From the NCBI RefSeq assembly GCF_018350175.1, contig NC_058368.1, positions 54,748,001 through 54,812,000 on the forward strand: DNA of 64,000 nucleotides. Reading direction: 5' to 3'. The notes beneath the pieces are model-generated. The model saw only the letters and a program-made list of their open reading frames with translations, made no database searches and was not told the DNA's origin. The DNA is from Felis catus (taxonomy: Eukaryota). Below are positions 12,594 to 23,288 of this stretch, one piece after another (within the stretch, counting starts at the first letter, position 1; every line of letters starts with the position of its first letter). The position numbers were made by a program, and so were the translations under genes.

Positions 12594-13520
12594 TTTGGAT
12601 AGTCCCTGGCGTGGTGAGGACCTGCAGGGCACTTCCCCTGTGCTGTGGTGTATAACTGGAGTTGGTGGGCGGGGCCGCAGTCAGACCTGATGTCTGCCCC
12701 CAGCCCACCGCTGGGGCCACAGTCAGACTGGTGTGTGCCTTCTCTTCCCCTCTCCTAGGGGCGGGATTCACTGTGGGGTGGTGTGGCCCGTCTGGGTTAC
12801 TTGCACACTGCCAGGCTTGTGATGCTGGGGATCTGGTGTATTAGCTGGGGTGGGTAGGCAAGGTGCACGGGGGCAGGAGGGGCAGGCTTAGCTCGCTTCT
12901 CCTTAGGTGATCCTCTTCAGGAGGGGCCCTGTGGCAGCGGGAGGGAGTCAGATCCGCTGCCGGAGGTTTGGCTCCGCAGAAGCACAGAGTTGGGTGTTTG
13001 CGCGGAGCGAGCAAGTTCCCTGGCAGGAACTGGTTCTCTTTGGGATTTTGGCTGGGGGATGGGCGGGGGAGATGGCGCTGGCGAGCGCCTTTGTTCCCCA
13101 CCAAACTGAGCTCTGTCGTCAGGGGGCTCAGCAGCTCTCCCTCCCTTTGTCCTCCAGCCTTCCCGCTTCCCGAGCAGAGCTGTTAACTTATGACCTCCCA
13201 GACGCTAAGTCGCGCCTGTTGTGGGAGCACAGTCTGTCACGCCCCTCCGCTTTTGCAAGCCAGACTCGGGGGCTCTGCTTGGCCGTTGAGCCGCCCCTCT
13301 GCCCCGGCTCCCTCCTGCCAGTCCGTGGAGCGCGCACTGCCTCGCCGCCCTTCCTACCCTCTTCCATGGGCCTCTTGTCTGCGTTTGGCTCCGGCGACTC
13401 CATTCTGCTAATCCTCTGGCGGTTTTCTGGGTTATTTAGGCAGGTGTAGGTGGAATCTAAGTGATCAGCAGGACGTGCGGTGAGCCCAGCGTCCTCCTAA
13501 GCCGCCATCTTGCAAACCTC
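12594..13520 (-). promoter_or_regulatory. L1 5'UTR internal promoter with YY1 site near the 5' end
   Basis: CpG-rich ~0.9 kb; GCCGCCATCTTG at 13501-13512 matches the YY1 consensus (AAGATGGCGGC on the L1 sense strand). Confidence 0.8.
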
Positions 13521-14130
13521 CTCTCAAAATCTTCATAGATGTAACATTTTAAAGCACTTCTTGAATTAACTATCTTAATTTACAACCTTACAAGTGCAAA
13601 GCAAGAATGTTTGATACTTCTGAAAACATATTTGGAAGGTGCCCTCAGTGCTATTATAAATGCTCTATGTACCTCTTTAGTATATAAACATTAAATATGT
13701 TTAATGTTACCTATTTCATAAAGCCAACTAGGAAATACTTAAAAAGAATAATCTGCTGTGCAATGAAATGAATGTTATGAAGACACTTAAAAAGTTTGAC
13801 ATGGGGTTAATACATTTTACTTTAGCGGTAACAATCTTTGAATTTATTGTGGGCAAAATTCATCCTAACTCATGCATCCATTTGTTAGCAATAAAGTCTG
13901 TGTATTATATAACTACCATATATGTCAAAGTAGTAAATTTGATATAACAGCATGGAAACGTCTCTGCATCACTGAATCTGGTCGAGTAAGAATGTGATTC
14001 ATAAAGTATCACTTCATCAAGATGACACTCACTTTCCATCAAAGGCAAGACTACTTTAGGAAAGAGTTCAGATATTCTCCAGGCAACAGTTGGCTCTTTA
14101 ATATTTTTTCTGACCTATTTTATATTTTTT

Positions 14131-14330
14131 AACTTTTTAGGGTTTATTTATTTATTGAGAGAGAGAGAACAAGCAGGGGAAAGGGCAGAGAGAGAGGGAG
14201 ACAGTCCCAAGCAGGCTCTGTGCCATCAGCGCAGAACCCCATGTGGGGCTCTATCTCCTGAACCACAGGATCATGACCTGAGCCAAAATCAAGAGTTGAA
14301 TGCCTAACAGACAGAGCCATCCAGGTACCC
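14131..14330 (-). mobile_element. Older CanSINE
   Basis: Reverse-complement head, AG tract and T-tail. Confidence 0.9.
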
Positions 14331-14959
14331 TGACCTCTTTTAAATTATTAGATGAATCAGACACTTTTGACTTACAAAGAATTATAATTAAGGGTTCATA
14401 CAAGACCTTTAACATGCTTTTAAGAGCTAGGTTTTTCAGCATACTTTTTACAATCCACAATAATTCTTAAGAGGGTCATACTCTAATAGAATATGCTGAA
14501 AAATACAATGCACATTTATAGAACAAATTTATATTAAAATGAAAATAAAATAATTCTTTATTTGTAGCCTGAAATAAAACTGGCTTGTCTATTATATAAT
14601 CAGCAAATTACTGGTTTTCAGGTAGCAGCAAGTCATTGTGGTCGATTAAGAAAATGTATATATTAGCCCACATTAGTTGTTAAAGAAAACATTACTGGAA
14701 GGATGGATGGATGAATGAGTCACTGGATGAATGGGTCACTGGATAGATGGACTGGTTAATAGAAAGATGACTAAGTCACTATGTAACACTCTATTAGTGC
14801 ACAATTAATCAAGAATATTTGCTAGCTCACAAAATTTTCATTTGTATAATTAATGGTTTTATCACAAATTAAAAGACTTGGGCAAGAAACAGGTTATGAT
14901 GACAAATTTCATTCTATCAAGTTTTTCTGTTTGCTCATCCTAAAAATTGGTCTGATGTA

Positions 14960-15370
14960 ATTTGAATCCCCTCAGAATTAGTCTTGAGACAACGATTCCA
15001 ATACAAGTAATCTCTTTGGAATGTGATCCCAGAAAATGTCAGTACAGAAGAGGAGAACTGAGATAAAAGGAAAACACAGTAGCCAACTGAAAGGCAGTGT
15101 TCTAACAACTTCCTTCTCTGGAAAACTGGAGTTTAATCCAGCTGTGAATTTTGCTATCAATACCAAGAACACAGTTTTCAGAAGCAGACCACCAAGTAGC
15201 AGAGCAGCTTACAAATCTACCCACTAATCCTGTCATATGTTGATTGAGAGCTATTTCTAGGAGGAACTTTCCTTCCGTAGCATATTAGGTTTTCCACCTT
15301 TGTGGAGTAGACACCATTGGCCAGAGAGGACCCTCACACAGACTCGTGGGTGCTCTGAGTTATGATCTGG
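14960..15370 (-). mobile_element. Ancient ERVL LTR (LTR33/LTR16-like)
   Basis: CTTGAGACAACGATT...CAAGTAATCTCTTTGGAATGTGATCCCAGAAA resembles the recalled LTR33 consensus. Confidence 0.55.
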
Positions 15371-15429
15371 ACTGGAATGCCTAGAAATACTATTTGATGT
15401 GGGGATTTTAGTGAGGCATCTGAAAGTAA

Positions 15430-15580
15430 AATAGAGAGCAAGAACAGATATGGTTCCTGCTCTCATTCAGCTTACAGTCTAGTGGGCAAAATAAAACAAA
15501 AACAGACTTTTGTAAGTACTACTTTACAACTTTGATAAGTGCTAGAAAGCAGCACGTGGTGTTATGAGAACATATATGTT
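15430..15580 (-). mobile_element. L2 3' fragment
   Basis: ATGGTTCCTGCTCTCATTCAGCTTACAGTCTAGTGGG is a typical L2 motif. Confidence 0.65.
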
Positions 15581-15959
15581 TTTAGTAACTGAAAATTTAT
15601 GCTAGTGTTAAATCACCATCACATAAAATGAAGGTTACATGAAGCAGTAAAATGTTATGAATTATCAAGATCATTCATTGATCTTGATAGGAAGTAATGC
15701 TTTCCTTATTCTAATCAAGACATACTTATGCACACGTTTATGGCTCATTGTGAGGACTTACACATGAACAGAGTTGACATGAGAAGGCCTGACAGAGAGT
15801 AAAAGCTTGGACATAGTTTTAATTTGCCACAATTTGAATTCATTCCCTAAGCCATATACCTGCCCATTAGGAAAAACTGGAAGACTTATTGACTGAAGGT
15901 GTTTCAGACCAACTGCTGACCAACCATTTGGTTACCTCCAAGCATGATAATCCAGGTAC

Positions 15960-16068
15960 AACTCTTAGGATTCTAGCCTTAAAAATACAATGAGAAAAAC
16001 AAAACAGAACAAACGAAAAACACCAAAAAACATAAAGAAAGAGAGAGACAGAGAGACAGAGAGACAGA

Positions 16069-16104
<36 letters not shown>

Positions 16105-16420
16105 CTGAGTGTGAGTTCAGGGTTGCATACTTTGGTATAGGTATATACCACAAAATTAGGCCAGGCAAACCACTAAACCAGAAAAAGCAACAATGACAAC
16201 CTCTGACATGGTGAATCTGTTCGGAGTTGCTAGAATATAATACTGAAAATGTGTTTTTCAACCCACAATTATAAAATATGCAAAGAAGTAAGAAAGCATG
16301 ACTCATGAGAAAGCAGTCAATAGAAACTTCCATGAAAGGACCACAATGCTGGTCTTAGAAAAAGCCTTCAGTGTAGCTATATATATTCAAAGATCTAAAG
16401 GAAACCATATTTAAGAATTA
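15960..16420 (+). mobile_element. Ancient L1M 5'UTR/ORF1-start fragment, containing a (GA)n tract at ~16037-16105
   Basis: AAAATGTGTTTTTCAAC...AAAGCAGTCAATAGAAAC...TTCAAAGATCTAAAGGAAACC. Confidence 0.65.
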
Positions 16421-16428
16421 GTCATTTA

Positions 16429-16635
16429 GGGGCACCTGGGTGGCCTAGTCGGTTAAGCGTCTGACTCTTGATATGAGCTCAGGTCATGATCTCATGGTTC
16501 ATTAGATCAAGTCATATGTCGGACTCTGCACTGACAGCTTGGAACCTGTTTGGGATTCTGTCTCTCCCTCTCTTTCTGCCCCTCCTCCACTCTCACTCAT
16601 TCTCTCAATAAATAAATAAACAAACATTTTTTAAA
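16429..16635 (+). mobile_element. CanSINE
   Basis: Head GGGGCACCTGGGTGGC, CT tract, AATAAA; no clear TSD. Confidence 0.92.
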
Positions 16636-18078
16636 AAGATTTAATTAGAAGACATATCAATTAATTTATCAAGTGAAGGAAAAAAACAAAAGAACTTTTT
16701 TTAAAAAAAGAAGTGTTAGAGGAAAACAGGGACAGTTTATAATCACCTGGCACATGTCAACAAATCAAGATGATAAAACAAGTATTAATCTATCATGTCT
16801 AACAATAAGCCACAAAATATATGAAGCAAAAACAAAATTTAAGCAAGAAACAGATAAACATTCATAGTTGGAGATCTGAATACATCTTACTCGATTTATG
16901 CTACTGAAAAAATTATTACTCAAGCTCCATTAATCTGACCTAACTGAAATCATAGCAACCTTCTCCCCAACAATAACACAATGCATAGGATTTTTCGCAA
17001 TGCATCTACGTTATCCAAGACCATATGTTCACATGCAATATGTTTAAAAGAACTGAAATCATTTAAGATGTTTTAAAAATGAAAGGAATTTAGAAGTTAA
17101 CAACAAATCAATATGGGAAATCCATTAATGTTGGGATCAACAAACATGTTAAACAAATAAGAAATCACAGGAGAAATCAGAAAATTTTTTGAGCTAAATA
17201 AAAGAAAAACAAACATATCCAAATTTATGGAATGTAGCTATAAAAGTCTTTACCTGAAATGTGTATCTTCAAACATACACATATACAGACACATATTAAA
17301 TAAGAAGAATGGTCTGATATTAATTGCATAAGTCCCCAGCTTAATAAACTAAGAAAAGAAGGGGAATCCAAAGCCAATCAAGTAGAGGGTGAATATAAAA
17401 ATTGGGGTAGAAATCATTAATGTAGAAAAGAACAACAGAGGTAACCAACAAAACCAAAATATAAGCAATGTTCAAAAACTTTTAGCTAGTGTGACCAAAA
17501 AATAAAAGAGAAGACACAAATTACAAAAGTGAAGCCTGGAAGAACATCACTATTGATAGTACAGAAAGTAAAAGGCCTATAGTGAAATCCCCTGAACAAC
17601 TTTATGGCAACAAATTATACAAATTATATAAAATGGGGGAATGCTCATAAGACAAAATTTACCAAAACTTCATGAAGAAAAAATATAAAATATTAATAGA
17701 CCTATGACCAATGAGGAAATATAATTCATAAATATGAGACTTCTCACAAGGGAAAGCCCAGACTCAAATGGCCATACTGGTTAATACCACCAACCATTTA
17801 AAGAAAACAAAACAATTCTTCACAAACTCTACCACAACAGACATGAGTAAACACTTCCCAATTCACTATGTGATCATAGGCTGATCAGATCAGACTCAGA
17901 TATTACACAAAAATAAAACCACACATCAATGTCTCTTAGATATATAGACCCCATAATTTCTACCAAATATTAACAACATAAATACAACAAAATATTTTTA
18001 AAAAGACTAAATTCACAGCCAATTTGGAATTACTCCAGCAATGATATGTTCATGTGACATTTGAAAATCAATCAGTGT

Positions 18079-18215
18079 CGGTCTGGGACTAGAGTGAGCT
18101 GAGTGCAGAGCTAAGCATGGTGATTTTGAAGAAGTACCAAATCTTTCATGACCCAAGAGTAATCTCAAAGTTTGTGCCCAAGTGCTCCATCTAACTCACC
18201 CCAGCCTCTGCTCTG
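18079..18215. mobile_element. hAT-type MITE (MER96-like) nested in the old L1
   Basis: Imperfect terminal inverted repeats GGGACTAGAGTGAG / CTCACCCCAGCCTC; degenerate 8-bp TSD ATCAGTGT / ATCATTAT; L1 sequence resumes in register. Confidence 0.65.
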
Positions 18216-18327
18216 ATCATTATTTTATATTTTATTAATAGAATAAAGAACAAACCCACATGATCATCCTGATAGATGTGAGACAAGGACTGGAGAAAAT
18301 CCAACACCACATTAAAAAAAAATTATT

Positions 18328-18525
18328 GGAGTGCCTGGATGGCTCAATTGGTTAAGCGCCCTATTTGATTTTGGCTCAGGTCATGATCTCACTGTCAGTT
18401 TGAGCCATGCCTTGGGCTCTTGCGCTGATAAAACGGAGCCTGCTTGGGATTCTCTCTCCATCTCTCTCTCCCCCTCCCCTCTTCACATTCTCTCTTCAAA
18501 ACTAAATAAATAAACTTAAAAAAAA
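18328..18525 (+). mobile_element. Older CanSINE nested in the old L1
   Basis: Head, CT tract and A-tail. Confidence 0.9.
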
Positions 18526-19035
18526 TTGTCAGCAATCTAAGAATAGAAGGAAACTTCCTCAACAATCCAACCTGAAAAAGGGCATCTATAAAAATCCCAC
18601 AGCTAAAATTATACAAAAACATTCTACTAGAATTGTAATTCAGTTTAGCAAGGCTACAGATCACAATATCAATATATAAAAAGCAATCATAATTTTTTAT
18701 ACTATCAACAATCAGAAACTGAAATTCAAAACAATGCCACTTATTATAGCATTGCAAATACTCAATCTTGACATGATTCTGACAGAAAGATAACCAAGGA
18801 CCTGTACACTAAAACTAGGAAACATTCTTGAGACAATTTAAACAATTAATATTGTTAAGATATCAATTTTCCTAAAATGACCTAAAGATTCAATGCATTA
18901 CAAATCATAGTTTTATTTATTTGTTTTTTTATTTTGTTAACAGGTTGATTAAAAAACCCACATGGAAATGCAAAAGAACTAGAGTAGTCAAAATAACTTT
19001 GTGAAAGAACAAAGTCAGATGACTGGCAGTATTTG

Positions 19036-19080
19036 ATTTCCATTTTAACCTCTGATCTTGGAATATCAACTATACTTCTT

Positions 19081-19119
<39 letters not shown>

Positions 19120-19173
19120 TCTCGGACAACCACTAATATATATATAGTATATAGTATATATTAGTGGTTGTCC

Positions 19174-19253
<80 letters not shown>

Positions 19254-21468
19254 TTGCCCAAGAATTTTCAATATATATTTACAACTAACCAGTGTTGACT
19301 TTCAAATAACACTATACCATTTCATGAGTAATGCACATACCTTGTAATAGAGTATTCTCAATTCCTCCCTCCACTCCTTAGAAGACTGCCATCATTAATT
19401 TCATTATACATTACACTCACCTAATATATTTTTACCATTATTTAAAAAGTTATCTATTACAATAAAAATCGGAAAAATAACAGCTTTAATTTTGTCTTCA
19501 TTTACCTCTTTTGTGACAATCTTCCTTATCTTATATGGATCTGTGTTTCTGACCTATGTATTCTTCCTTCTCCCTAAAGAACTGTTAACATTTACTGCAG
19601 GATAGGTCTGGTGGTGATGAATTCCTTTAGATTCTGGTTGTCTGAAAAAGTCTTTTCCTTTCACCTTAAAAATAATTTAGGTATAAAAAGAATTTTAAGT
19701 TGGTGGGGTTGTTGAGGGGGGGTTGTTTTTAATTCCATATTTAAATATTGCAGTTTTCATTCTGTCCTTGCAGTATGGTTTCTAATAAAAAGTCTGTCAC
19801 AATTCTTATCCATTTCCTCTTTAAGGAATGCTATTTTTAAAATCGGGTTTAAGATTTTCTTCATATCCATTGTTTTCTGCACTTTGAATATGCAGTGTGT
19901 CTATGTATATTTCTTTGGATATCTATCCTGCTTAGTGTTCTCTGAGCTTCTTGAATCTATAGTTTGAGTCTGCCATTCATTTTGGAATGTTCTCTGACAT
20001 CATTATTCAAATATTTCTTCAGCAACATTTTGTCTTTCTTCTCCTTTTGATATGCCAATTATGTATGCTATATCTTGAGAAAGTATTTCATGGTTCTTGA
20101 GTACACTCTTCTGCTTTACATTCTCTTTTCTTGTTGCATTTCAGATGGGGTGTTTGTATGGACATATTTTCAAGCTCATTGATGCTTACCATGGCCATTT
20201 CAAGTCTGCTGATAAGCCCATCAAAGACATTTTTTTATTTGTGTGAAAGCATTTTTGGTTTATTGTGTTTCATTTTAGTTCTTTTTTGGAGTTACCATCT
20301 CTCTACTTACAGCAGCCATCTGCCCTGATTGCTGTCTACTTTTACTGATAGCAATTCTACCATATTAAGTCATAGTGATTTTAATTTTCCTATCGGGTGA
20401 TCCAATCTCTGTGTCATAGCTGAGTCTGGTTTGATACTTGTTTTGTCTTCTCAAACTGTATTTTTTCTTACCTTTTTAACATGCCTTATAATTATTGTTG
20501 AAAACTGGACATATGAATTAAGAAAGAGTAACCAAAATGATTTTGATGTGAGATTCATGTTAATCTGGCAAGAAGTTGGGCCATGTTTAATATTTGCTAT
20601 AGTAATAGCTGTTAAGTATCAGATTTCTCTAGTGTCCTTTTTTTTTTTTTTTTTTGTCTCCCTTGATATTTTCGGGTATTTCTAAAAACTCCTTAAATAC
20701 AGCCTGTGCCTGTGGCTCTTTTAGCCACAATTATATATTGAATTATAATTCAATGTTATCATTTTAGAGCCCTGTTGATGTGATGGTAAATTGTAGGTAA
20801 TGGGTAGCAATTTGTAATCTTATTATTAAATCTCAGTGTTTTAGTAGAACTTTGTTCCTGGCTTGATCTTCCAAATGTTTCCTAGCTTTCCGCTTCCTCT
20901 TGCCTTATTTGAAACAGTTTGGCTAAGTAAACCTGCAGTTGTAAAACTGTCCTCCCTCCAGGTGGGATAAGGCTCTAATAAAGTCTTTTTCCCAGCAGGG
21001 TAGGCCTTTGGTAGAATTATCTAGATGTATTTCAAAATGGTTACATTTCTCTGCCATGCCAGGAATATGAGATCTTTCTTGTCTCTTCACTATTAAAATT
21101 TAGTGGGTTCCTGAGGGTGAAACCCACAAAACTATGGATGCCCATCTAATACTGTAGCTGCCAGCAGTCTCCCCATCTCATGCTAATCAACCCTCAGCCT
21201 TCAGCAATTCACCAAAGTTACCATTTAAGTTGTCCTACCAGTTGTTGACTCCAGTAGCTTCTGCTCTAGGTAAGTGTATCTCTGATGTAATTCTCTAGAT
21301 CTGGCAATCTCTCCAGAATTTGGAGTGGTAATTTGCCATGGGAATCACAAATTCCTGATGAGTCCAAGAAAGTCACTGAATTTCAACTTATTCAACTTAT
21401 TTTCTTGGTGTAAGTTCAGGAGTGATAATATCCAAGTTCTTGTCATGTTGTGATAAGACATGAAGCCG
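19036..21468 (-). mobile_element. Ancient L1M (L1MC/MD-like) 5'UTR, ORF1 and inter-ORF relic
   Basis: Inter-ORF motif GACTTTCAAATAACACTATACCA; ORF1 3' motif GTCTGGTGGTGATGAATTCCTTTAG; TTGTTGAAAACTGGACAT near the ORF1 start. Confidence 0.75.
19081..19250. repeat. Compound palindrome: (TA)n(CA)n, unique arm, loop, arm, (TG)n(TA)n
   Basis: 19121-19142 CTCGGACAACCACTAATATATA is the exact reverse complement of 19155-19176. Confidence 0.95.
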
Positions 21469-21533
21469 TAGATGAGTTTTTTAATAAAAAATAAATCAAT
21501 GTTTTATTTTTCAGCTATTTTTTTATATTTTAG

Positions 21534-21634
21534 TATGAAATGCTTTACAGATTTTCATGTCATCTTGTGCAGGGGCTATGCTAATCTTCTCTATGTTGTT
21601 TCAACTTTAGTATATGGGCTGCTGAAGCGAGCAC
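21534..21634 (-). pseudogene. RNU6: U6 snRNA retropseudogene, full length and diverged
   Basis: Minus strand reads GTGCTCGCTTCAGCAGCCCATATACTAAAGTTGAAACAACATAGAGAAGATTAGCATAGCCCCTGCACAAGATGACATG..., colinear with U6; decayed A-rich tail at ~21500-21533. Confidence 0.93.
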
Positions 21635-21702
21635 TTGCTTTTTATTTTATATAACTATGCTGTTTGGGTGATCTGAGTTTAATGAGCCATTTGTAGTTGA
21701 CT

Positions 21703-21907
21703 TTTTTATTTTTTAATGTTTATTTTTTTGAGAGAGAGAGTGTGAGCAGGAGAGGGGCAGAGAGAGAGGGAGACACAGAATCCAAAGCAGGCTCCAGGCT
21801 CTGAGCTGTCAGCACAGAGCCTGACTCAGGTCTTGAACTCATGAACTGAGAGATCGTGACCTGAGCTGAAGTCAGATGCTAAACTGACTGAGCCACCCAG
21901 GCACCCC
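21703..21907 (-). mobile_element. CanSINE
   Basis: Reverse-complement feline SINE with T-tail. Confidence 0.94.
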
Positions 21908-22563
21908 ACTTATACTTGGCTTTATTTGATGAATGGATGAGGGGTCAGAGGAGGAATTTTCTGTGTTGACAAAAGTAGAGAAAAGAAGAAGGGAGGCTCA
22001 TCAGATGAACAATTGGCTAAGATAGACTGAGGGGCTGGTGGACTTATTTTTCAAAGGAGAAACACTGAGGATGCAATTAGACATGCTCAGATTCAAAACC
22101 AAAGATGTGTAAAAAAGAGAAAATGAGGGGGTGATCTCTCTAGTTCTTTCAGTCCTGTAGAGTCATTCTAGCATCTGAGGGAGATTTGGGATCATAAAAG
22201 ACTGCACCTTCTGCATTGATTCCATTTTCAGCAGAAATAGTGACAGAAGCAAAGTGCATTTACGTAGATTTTTATTGGAATTCATCAATAATACAGTCAG
22301 TAAAGGGGAGGAGAAAATAGCCGATGCAAAGTGATTACTGTTTCCAGATTTGGGGTTTTTTTGCATACATGGAAAATCTCCATTGACTGGAGATTAACCT
22401 AAATAGATGAATCAAGGTGGGACTGATTTCCCATAACAGTAAACGAGCAGAGAGACAATAATATTTGTGCTAGAACTATTACTTAGACTTTGAAATACTT
22501 ACAGGCTGGCATGACTTGGAAAAATTTAAATGACATATTTAAAATATTTTTTCAAGTTAACTT

Positions 22564-22794
22564 TTTTTTATTTAAAAAAAAATTTTTTTTTCAACGTTTA
22601 TTTATTTTTGGGACAGAGAGAGACAGAGCATGAACAGGGGAGGGGCAGAGAGAGAGGGAGACACAGAATGGGAAACAGGCTCCAGGCTCTGAGCCATCAG
22701 CCCAGAGCCCGACGCGGGGCTCAAACTCACAGACCGCGAGATCGTGACCTGGCTGAAGTCGGACGCTTAACCGACTGCGCCACCCAGGCGCCCC
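22564..22794 (-). mobile_element. Young feline CanSINE
   Basis: CpGs intact; perfect TSD TCAAGTTAACTT at 22552-22563 and 22795-22806. Confidence 0.97.
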
Positions 22795-23108
22795 TCAAGT
22801 TAACTTCTACGTAGAATCCAGTTTTGCATTGATACGTAAATGTTAAAGCATAAGTCAAAAGAAAATGAAATGCATTAAACTATTCTCAAATGAATGTATA
22901 TGATATCGTTCTTAATTTTTTGTCTGAATTATCTAAAATATACTCATAAGACCAAACTAAATGATATTTTTAATAGGAAATAGCCACACTTATTTTTTCA
23001 TATTCAGAATGTAAGCCTCCTGATGACATGTTGATTTTAACGAGTTAAATGACATTTTTATCCCACAGTCTCTAATCTTAAGAAAGGAAGCAAATTAAGA
23101 ATGAAGGT

Positions 23109-23288
23109 GGGGACACCTGGGTGGCTCAGTCAGTTAAGCCTCCGACTTTGGCTCAGGTCATATCTCATGGTTCGTTCATTTGAGCCCTACACTGGGCTCT
23201 CTGCTGTCAGTGTAGATCCTGCTTTGGATTCTCTGTCTCACTCTCTCTCTGCTTGCACACACATGAAAAATAAACATTTTTTGTAAAA
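23109..23288 (+). mobile_element. CanSINE with a shortened CT region
   Basis: Head and tail; flanking AAGAATGAA direct repeat. Confidence 0.9.

Larger units (their letters stand above)
7559..13533 (-). mobile_element. Full-length young feline LINE-1 (copy 1), inactivated
   Basis: GC/CpG-rich 5'UTR, ORF1, ORF2, G-rich 3'UTR and patterned (TAAA)n tail; 17-bp TSD CATAGATGTAACATTTT at 7542-7558 and 13534-13550; canonical TT/AAAA endonuclease site. Confidence 0.98.
16650..19035 (+). mobile_element. Ancient L1M ORF2 relic (EN to post-RT, with internal deletions)
   Basis: Decayed ORF2 motifs: CCACAAAATATATGAAGCAAAA (PKYMKQK), GTTGGAGATCTGAATAC (GDFNT-like), CACATGATCATC (HMII), ATTGTTAAGATATCAATT (IVKMSI-like). 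Confidence 0.85.

Noticed and set aside
15867..16333. ORFs with SLSLSL / ERERER runs (also VCVCVC at 42004 and 59123)
   Set aside because: Microsatellite translations.
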